A stretch of 64,000 nt of DNA from Antedon mediterranea (taxonomy: Eukaryota; Animalia; Echinodermata): positions 19,468,001 to 19,532,000 of the forward strand of contig NC_092671.1 in NCBI RefSeq assembly GCF_964355755.1. The letters run 5' to 3'. Every line of letters starts with the position of its first letter. Within the stretch, counting starts at the first letter, position 1. The translations under genes were made by a program, and so were the position numbers. Below, one piece after another: positions 55,201 through 64,000 of this stretch. The notes below the pieces were generated by a model. The model saw nothing but the letters and a program-made list of their open reading frames with translations. It ran no database searches and was not told where the DNA came from.

Positions 55201-58200
55201 ATGCCAAGTAAGTATTGAACATTTTATATAGTAACAACTTTTACAGTTATTTATTGGGCTAACCCTATTTGTTATTTTATAATTTTTCAACACATTTAAA
55301 CATTTTTATTATAATTTCAGAATGATGGAAGAGTTTAAAAACAAAGATGATGAAATAAAGAAAGTTTCAAGTGAAAAGAAAGAAGTACAGAAAGAGTTAG
55401 AAGCTGTAAATGCCAAGTAAGTATGGACAAGTTTATTTTTGTAACAAATTTGAATAGTAATAGAGCTACACTGTTATTTATCAACTTAACCCTATATTTT
55501 TGATTTGGTAATTGTTCAACACTTCAAAGATTTTTATTTTTTAGAATGACGGAAAAGTTTAAAAACAAAGATGAGGAAATAAAAAAGATGTCAAATGAAA
55601 AGAAAAAACTACAGAAAGAGTTGGAAGCTGTAAATGTCAAGTAAGTTGTAAAACATTTTAATAACTAGAAAGCCACTCCGAGAGGGCATACCTCCGCCTA
55701 CTGTAAAATTCTCCTACATAAGATTTCTCCGGTAAAAAAAAATATATATATATATTTGTGTGTGTCTTAATGCTATTTGTGATTTAGGCTAATTTCATTA
55801 CAAGCATGTGTATGCGCGAGTTTGGTGTAATGGTTATGTAACAAGCCTTTCAAATAACAATAGCTTCAGTCGACTAACAATAGAACAGCAACGCGAAAAT
55901 CAAACGAGTGAATTTGAAAAGAAATAGGTTTTTTAAACTACTCGCATCAAAAAACGTGCACATTGAATCAAATTATGTTTTAAAATTACAAATCACAAAT
56001 TATAACTCTTGCCTCTTGTTCAAAAATGAAGTTTTTTGGACAAGTAGTTCTTGAGAAAATGCAATTTCAGTTTACTTGTTACTTTAAGACTGCTCGCCGG
56101 CTTTTGAAAAATTCTGTCCTATCTTTTAACACTAGTAGGTCTAAAAAAGTATACTAAAAAGTGGTCCAGAATTGGGACTGTGGTCCCAAATGGTCCCAAA
56201 ATTTAATGGAATGGTCCTTGACCACATATCTATATGTCTATTCATTTTGGTAAAGATCTTGTAATTACTTTTTGAGTAATCCTGCTAACAAACAAACAAA
56301 CAAACAAACAAACACACGCTACCGATTACATATACCTCCTTGGCGGAGGTAAATAATGTAGTTACAATAACCATTTATTAAGCTAAGATAATATGGCAAC
56401 ACATCCAAAATTGTTATTATAATTTCAGAATGATGGAACATTCTACAAACAAAGATGATGAAATAAAGAAAGTGTCAAGTGCAAAGAAAGAAGTACAGAA
56501 AGAGTTAGATGCTGTAAATGCCAAGTAAGTATTGGAAATTTTATATAGTAAAAACTTTTACAGTTATTTATTAGGTTAACCCTTTTTGTTATTTGATACA
56601 TTTCTAACACATTTAAACATATTTATTATAATTCCAGAATGATGGAAAAAGATGAAGAAGTAAAGAAACTGTCCAGTGAAAAGAAAGATTTACAAAAAGA
56701 GTTGGAATGTCTAGAAGCTGTAAATGCTAAGTAAATATTGAAAAGTGTATAACTTTTAATACTAGGAGCTACAGTAACTATCTACTATGCTAATGCAATT
56801 TTCAACACATCTAACATTATGCTAACTTGCCAATTCAGTCTGAATGAGAAATATTGCCAACAGAGCAAAGAGAAGAAAGAAATTGAAGAGCTTGTAGAAG
56901 AGTTAAATAAAAAAAATGAGCAGTTGAAGAAAGTTTTGAAAAAAAGAACAGAATTACTTAATGCTACAAACACTAAGTAAGTATAATGTTTATATTGACA
57001 AAGTTAACCCCATGTTGTGATAATTCACCACATTCAGCATGAAAATAATTTGTTAGCTAAATCAATTGATACCATTCAATCAAAGGTATTTATTGATCAT
57101 ATCATTATTATAACTTTATTGTCCCTATTTATCGTCATGATTATCTTCAACACCAACAATTTCATTATTTTTTTTTTATCACAGTCATTATCAACAACAT
57201 TCAATAATAATCATTATAATATACAAAAATGTGCTTGACACCTTTTTCTCAAAATACTTTGAAATTACAATTACATGTTGTTACATGCACATTTTTTCTT
57301 CAAGTAAAAATCTTATAACTTATTAAAATGTAATTCCAACAGATATGAAAGTAAATATAAGGAAGCAAAAGAGCAACTCAATGAAGCTAAAAAGATGTTG
57401 AAAAGTAACCAACGCACAAATAGTGCAAGAAAACAAAGGTAAGTGTAGGTCCTCACAATGATAATCAAGGTAGTTATGTTTGTCCAATATTGAATTTAAA
57501 AATTATATTTATGATAACTAATTTTGAAAAAAAAAATATATAGATAACATGCAAAGGAAACTAGAATAAAAATAATTTCTCAATAATTTCAAGCTACTGT
57601 AATTCAAATTAATTATTCAGATATTATCAATTTTTTAGATGTCTTGATTGCAATCAAAAAGAAAGAGAATTAGAAAATCTGAACAAACTTTTAAAGAATA
57701 AAGAGAATAAGGTTATGGAATTGGTTCAAAGGTAGGAGTATCTTATATCACTAAAATTAAACCCATGGGATTCTTTTTAAGACTGATGAGAATGCTATTG
57801 CATGGCTCAAGTGTTATAAATAAAAGAGTCTCCTCATTAACAGATAGTTTTATATTGTAATAACTTAGATAAGCAGGCAATATATTAACTGAAATTTCTG
57901 TAAACACAATAGTAAATTATTTAATTCTTTACACAAAAAAATATAGAATTCAGCTACCCGCCCAAGCAGATTCAAATCAAGGAAAAAACAAGACAGATGT
58001 ATTGCTGAGTCTTCTGCCAACCGTAAACTTGATAAACCAGAAGGATCTAAAACCAGTCAACGAAACGAAAACACCAGTGGTCATTGGTCAAGGCGCTTTT
58101 GGAGAAGTGTCTCTAATGAGATACAATCTGACCAACTCATTGGTTGCTGTCAAAACCATCTTAGATGGCAGTGCAGATAGCATAAACCTAGAGGCTCGCA

Positions 58201-58715
58201 CAATGCAACTATGTTCGGCTCACCCATCATTTCCGTTCATGTTTGGCGTAGTAAGAGATGATAATAACACCATATCAAAAATTGTCTCTTCATTTATTGG
58301 AGTTGACAGTTTATCTCTTACGCTTAGAACAGCTATAAGCAAAAAATTCGCTAACATGGACAAGAGGTCAATTCTTAACATCTTATTGACTGTCTCAGAT
58401 GGTGTGAAATTCCTCCACCAGAACAACATAGTACATAACGATATAAAAGCAGAAAACATTCTACTTTCACATGAAAGTGAAGAATGGATGGGCAAGATTA
58501 TTGACATGGGTGGAATAACATCACCACTTGTGGAACCAACTGCTGCTGAAGTAACATCAAGCGACATCTTCGCCCTCTGCTTTGTTATGTGTGAAGTAGC
58601 TGAGGCATGCCACTGGCAGCAACTAAACGAGTTGGCCGTGAGATGCAAGAAAACTCGACCACCGATTGGTGATCTCATCTCTCTTCTATCCAACCTTATT
58701 TCTGATAGAATTTAA
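52268..58715 (+). CDS. Orphan coiled-coil-repeat Ser/Thr-type protein kinase, 19 exons, about 852 aa
   Basis: Exons 52268-52317, 52785-52941, 53056-53153, 53637-53741; ten 96-nt repeat exons starting at 53839, 54064, 54276, 54489, 54693, 54917, 55112, 55321, 55545, 56429; then 56638-56730, 56839-56976, 57343-57438, 57639-57731, 57947-58715. All GT-AG, forming one open frame of 2559 nt. Kinase motifs GQGAFGEV, VAVK, alphaC E, HNDIKAEN, DMG, SDIF. Confidence 0.85.
53253..53590. mobile_element. Young MITE with perfect 53-bp TIRs, TTA flanks
   Basis: TGCACTTGTCAATTGTATGACCCACTATACGACCCCCGGGAGAGGTGCGTCAT at 53253-53305 and its exact reverse complement at 53538-53590; TTA on both sides. Confidence 0.9.
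53839..56730 (+). repeat. Tandem exon-intron array (11 units, A-B-C higher-order period about 625 bp)
   Basis: Each unit is AG|AATGATGGAA...GTAAATGCCAA|GTAA plus a conserved intron of about 100-130 bp. Confidence 0.93.
55664..56353 (-). mobile_element. Helentron/DINE-like non-autonomous element, copy 2 (inside kinase exon array)
   Basis: Minus strand begins TTTACCTCCGCCAAGGAGGTA, has (TTTG)n, and ends GGCGGAGGTATGCCCTCTCGGAGTGGCTTTCTAGTT (subterminal IR plus short hairpin). No clear TSD. Confidence 0.75.
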
Positions 58716-61325
58716 TCCAGTATATAATGCATTATGTTCAATACAATAATCAATATTATTATTTTACACTGACTGAATATCTTTTAATTAACTCAATTCA
58801 AAATGTGCAATATTTGGATAATAATTATTTATAGATTTTTTACAAAAAAATGTATTAAAACAATACTGTACATTTATTTTTATGGCAAATAAATATTTTG
58901 GTAAAAAAAAAAAGTGTTTGTTGTTAGTTTACCTACAGTATCCCTGAATGTATTGAGGAGTGCAATTTGTAGCACACCTATAATTTTCAAAAGGCCTGAA
59001 TATTTATATAAACTTAATCAATTGAAGGATGGATGGGCAGACAGACCAAAGTATACAGGAAATCTTTAAAAAAAGTTTAAAACCCTTAAGTAACAATGAT
59101 TATTTTAAGAATGGAATTTGAAAAATAGAGAATTGAAGGATGACAAACAAAGGAAAATAATGGAGAAGTTTAACAAATAAAAGTCGAAAGTTTCCACAAA
59201 AATGATGGAAAGTCAAAATTAACATTTTTTATTAGTAGTTGAATGTGTTTACTGGTTAATGAATTGTTATGTCAGTTTGTGTTTGTTTGGTAGTGTAGAC
59301 ATGATAATAACTACGACAACTAATGCTTTAGTATTCTGTATCAAAATTGTTTTATTTTACCCATCTTTTAAAATATACATAACAGATTTTGGATAGCGAC
59401 CATTAAGAAGACATTGATAAACAACACATAGACAAAGCAAGTAGCAATCATTAACGGGGTGCAAGAAGAACAACTGTGTTTTGACCAATATACTAATACG
59501 AAAATCTATTTACACCATAATAATTATTTGAATATCGCAAAAATTTATTATAGCATTGCTTACATTTTTTTTCATTATAAAACCTAGAAAGCCCCTGGTA
59601 TAATTATGCGTTTTATAATTTGGAATTTAAAAAATTGGAACATAGGCCTATGTTTAACACATGAAAGAGTGATATAGTAATTAAGTAATTAATTAAATCT
59701 AAACACATGGAAATATTACTAAGTACATCTAAATTCTTTTAGTGATTGAGATACTTTTGGTCTCCCTTTTATTTGTATATGATGATTGAAACATTTGAAT
59801 TATATTAGTGCCCCTTACCTAATATCTACACCTATATGACAAATAATTCCAATTTTGCTGGGCCATATTTAAAATGGTCCATAAAGCTAGTTTAAATCAA
59901 ATTGAAATATGAAAAGGCGGTCGTACGGTAATTAACGATAGGTTGCTCTGAATTTAATTAATTATAAAAATCTATCTGTAATCACGATTAATTATATTAA
60001 GTATGTTTTATTTTATACCAACAAAATATTTAGATTATATATCTGAAAAAGTATGAAATAACATTGTAAACAGTTAAAAAACAAATATAAATGTTTTAAA
60101 TTTACAGTCAAATTAAAATTCTAGAAAACCCATAATTTTTTAACGTAAAATAGTTGGTTCATATACAAAATTTAAAAATGAAATATCATTCATATTGATT
60201 GTTAGTTGACATAGCAAATGTAATAGCAATACCATTATAATACAATTTTTTCTTTTTTTAGCTATTTTAAAATTATAACAATTAGAAAATGTTTGCAATT
60301 ATTTGTCTTATATAAAAATTACATATATACATACAGTATCTTAAATTGTATATATCTTTTTTACCAAGGTGGGTGGAATTTGATTTTAATGTATAATTCA
60401 ATTCATTTTTATTTTAATATTCAAGTTTCCTTCCCCAGTACTGTTAAATTCCAAATTTTATTATATCAATGAATGTTTATAAATTGTTCACTGACAAAAA
60501 TTGTTGGCGGACAGAAAAACTTGTTTGTAATCGTAACAAAAATACTAAAGTGATATTGGAAAGGATTGATCTAATTTTAACAAATTATTAAAAATTGTTT
60601 GCATTATAAAGTTTCTTTTTATGACTTTTCTGTTATAAATATATTTTTAGTAAATTTTGGTAAATAATGTTACTGTGACCTTCTATTAACCATTACAACA
60701 ATAACCAAAGCTCTGTAGTTTAGGAAGTCATTCATTAATTCTAGGCTTTAGTATATATTTTTTGGCAAATTCACCATTTCCTCCAATTGACAGCACTTTA
60801 CTGTCATTAAGAGAAAAATGTCTAAATTAATTCCGGCTGACAATTGACATATTTTGGCGGGTAATAAAGAACAGCTAAAATTAATTTTAAATCACCTCTT
60901 AATCTACCTAATATATGAATATTTACATTATAATATTTTATTTCATATCTACATGTTATTTGTCATTTCACCAAACAGTCAACCTCTTAAAAATAATGAA
61001 AATAAATATTGTTTACAGATTTCTAATCATTTTTGGTTCCTATAATGTATAAAACGTAAAGATATGATAAAATGTATATAAAATAAATGTGTGTGTGTGT
61101 ATTAATGTACACACATCAAATATACAAACACAACATAATAAATATTTTTAAAATGTAACGACAATACAGTGTTTGAAGTATATACCCAAAAATTCATATA
61201 CACAGCATACACATTTTGATTCAGAAAAATTAATTTGCATGAGAAAATTAACCAAATCTAATTAATTATCAATAACTTTTTAATCAGCTTTTTGAAATGT
61301 CTATATAAAGTGGGCTAGAAAACTG

Positions 61326-61432
61326 GGCCCACTGGCGGCATATCTGTAGGCCTAGGCCCACTGGCATATCTGTAGGCCTAGGCCCACTGGCATATCTGTA
61401 GGCCTAGGCCCACTGGCATATCTGTAGGCCTA
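61326..61432. repeat. 26-bp tandem repeat, 4 copies
   Basis: GGCCCACTGGCATATCTGTAGGCCTA x4, downstream of the neogenin/DCC stop codon. Confidence 0.9.
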
Positions 61433-62081
61433 GTTTGTGAAACTGAAGACTGTCACTGTTTGCATCAATTTACTAGGATACCTCAAAAATAAATTCTTCA
61501 AAGGTTATCTACAAGTAACTGTCATGGTATGATGCATTTCGTTAATTGATTTGTTATTTACCTTTTCTGTGCTGATTTTGGTATTTGATATCTTCACCTC
61601 GAACACTGTAGCCAATTTATATTTTATTTCCAGCACAAGGTACTACTTATATTAGCCTACTAGCTGGGCTTATTTATGTGTATCAAAATGTGTACATTTG
61701 AGAGTTTTCACATTGGAAAGACAATGGCCATGGAACCACATTGGCAGATAAGCCGCCTTCCAACACTGTTATAATTAATTGATACACTTTCAAATGAAAC
61801 CTCTATTCTTCTTACAGTGGAATCTGATTAAATAAATTCACAATATAAATTGAAAATATTAATAAACAATAACAACAATGCCTTGCACCATTCCAACCAT
61901 GAGAGGCATCAACTCTCCTCTTGTTTTTGGAAGCAATAGCACATGTTTCAATAAGCCAGTTGTGCATTTTCAGCAGGCCTACTTTATGTATCTCATAAGC
62001 TGATTGACATTTACAGCGTGCTGCTTTTATTAATGTGTTTCACTTCCTTTCAGATACAATGTACAGTATGTAGAGGGCTCA

Positions 62082-63536
62082 CTAACAATCAATATCGTCA
62101 GACTGTGTAATGGCATTCAAGTCTTTCATGAGTCCTTCAAGATTCAACATTTCAGCATTCAAATCTTCTGTGCTAAATGTTCTTGCTGTCCCCGACTAAA
62201 ACAGAACAAAAATATTATAAAATCATATAGACCTACTGATTACTAATATTGGTCTACTTCTGCTCTAGAACCCTTCTTTGGACACTATTCAAGGTATGGG
62301 ACACTATAAGGGGAAACTTTCCTGTAAAATGAATGAGGGGAAATATGTTTACTTAACCCATATTTAAGGAACACCACTTAAGTGTAAGAAATAATGTGGT
62401 TTAAAACTGATGATTAAATAACATGCTACTTTTGTCCAAAGATTTACCTCAGGGCTAGTAGCTTCTGCAGATCTATATGTAACATCAGGAGCTCTAGGTG
62501 TAACAACTGGAAGTGGATGTGATCTATTACGATTTACAGCAGGTTGTTGCCGTTTCAATAAGCTATAGCTTGGTGCACTTATTTTTACTGTAAAAAAAAA
62601 GTATCATATTATTTCACTTTTTTTTATATCGTACATAAAAGTAAAAAAATAGAAAATAGTGAAACATTTATTGTTAACTGGACCAGTGTAGTATAACCAA
62701 ATTGTATATTATATATCTGGCTAATATATACATTTATTTTTTTTTTTTCCATTTTGAATATATAATTTTATTTTTTAAAATTTTTTACTACTCTGGTTTA
62801 TTAAAAAAAAGAAATGACAGTACAAAATTGAATAATTTAAAATACATCAAGGAGAAAAATGCAAAAATTTAAAATAATAATAAAACTTTGAGGCTCTGTG
62901 TTTGCAAAGGTTTATGATATTGCTTTGTAATTATTACATTAACATTGTTGAGCAGTTTAAGTCAGCTGCTGCTTTTACAGATTTTTTTTCAAACTTTTCA
63001 TAAGTCTTTGATTGACACAGAAATGTTGCCAAACATTGTACCTGCATTGCAACAACGAAAACTACTATTACTACTACTACTACTATTTTGTCGAAAGTTC
63101 GGAAACATTATTCACAACATCACCGTAAACACTGTCATTCAAGGACTTAAGAAAGTTGGAGAAACTTTTAGAAAAATCCATAAAAGCAGCAGCTGAAACT
63201 ACTTTTAAACATTTTAAAACGTTCAGCATTTTTATGAAATGTATAATTACATTAATACGGAATACCCTTTTATACACAATGAATATAAAAAACACATGGT
63301 TCATGACACACAGAAATTCACTGGGGTGAACAATGCAAAGGAAGCAGTGTATATGCAAGTAATTATACAAGGTGAGTTACCTCTAGGCTGGGCAGGTGGT
63401 GATTTTGGCAGTGTACCATAGTGGGGTGGTGGACCGGGTACACTAAAACTAGAAAGTGGATGAGTTGAAACATGTGGAGTTGGAGGCTGGTGAATGTTGT
63501 TCTCATCTTGTGACAAATTTGATTCACTTTGATAAC
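62082..63536 (-). CDS. NEO1: Neogenin/DCC (netrin receptor), last three coding exons; gene continues beyond the window
   Basis: Exons 63536-63381, 62587-62448, 62195-62082, phase-consistent. HPLSSFSVPGPP (P2-like) and terminal EDLNAEMLNLEGLMKDLNAIT (P3 motif of neogenin/DCC/Frazzled). Confidence 0.92.
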
Positions 63537-64000
63537 CTGAATATATTGAAGAAAAAAATCAATCAATCAATACTGTGTAAAATAAAAATTAAGTATTTAA
63601 AATTAAACAAAGATAACTGTTGGCATTGATCCATGCAACTGGTATTCTTTTTATCCTATCATAATAATCAGTTTCAATCAAGTATGCACAGTATTTTTCA
63701 AATATGAATGTTAAATGTTTTTTTTTTATGCAAACAATAATAAAGAATTATAGTACTAATGTATATGTAATTGGGCTGCCTAAAATGACTAGATTTGTTG
63801 GTTATGTCTAGTTTTGAGAATTCAATTTGAATAGCAAGAAAGAAGTTCAGACAAAATTGTTAAAAAATTAAGGGAGTCCAGTTTTTGAGAGAGTTTGATT
63901 GTATAACAAATTAGTTTTTATGTATATTATTATAACCGAAAAGCACGAAAGCTGTCATTATCCCCACAGAATCGCTACATTGTGTGGGGCATTGCCAATC

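Noticed and set aside
53839-56730. Repeat-spacer pattern resembling a CRISPR array
   Set aside because: The repeats are AG/GT-bounded in-frame exons, and the spacers are homologous introns.
58220-58693. 157-aa antisense ORF
   Set aside because: Antisense shadow of the kinase exon.

Overview
AT-rich, intron-containing animal genomic DNA, not prokaryotic. Abundant TAGGCCTA tracts and the gene set suggest an invertebrate deuterostome such as an echinoderm (inference only). Manual splicing using GT-AG sites and phase continuity gives five protein-coding genes: VPS72/YL1 (+, 5758-11004, 6 coding exons); MNS1 (-, 18486-12324, 8 exons, convergent with VPS72); a Draper/MEGF10/11-like EGF-repeat receptor (+, >=32775-45979) with one 3165-nt exon; an orphan 19-exon gene (+, 52268-58715, about 852 aa) joining an array of eleven ~32-aa coiled-coil cassette exons to an intronless, compact non-RD Ser/Thr-type kinase domain; and the 3' end of neogenin/DCC (-, 63536-62082). 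The rest holds decayed LINEs (L2/CR1/RTE-like), a Harbinger remnant, SINE fragments, a tRNA-Val pseudogene, MITEs, two copies of a Helentron/DINE-like element and several minisatellites. The strongest candidate for something undescribed is the coiled-coil-array kinase. No database searches were run; identifications come from recalled motifs.
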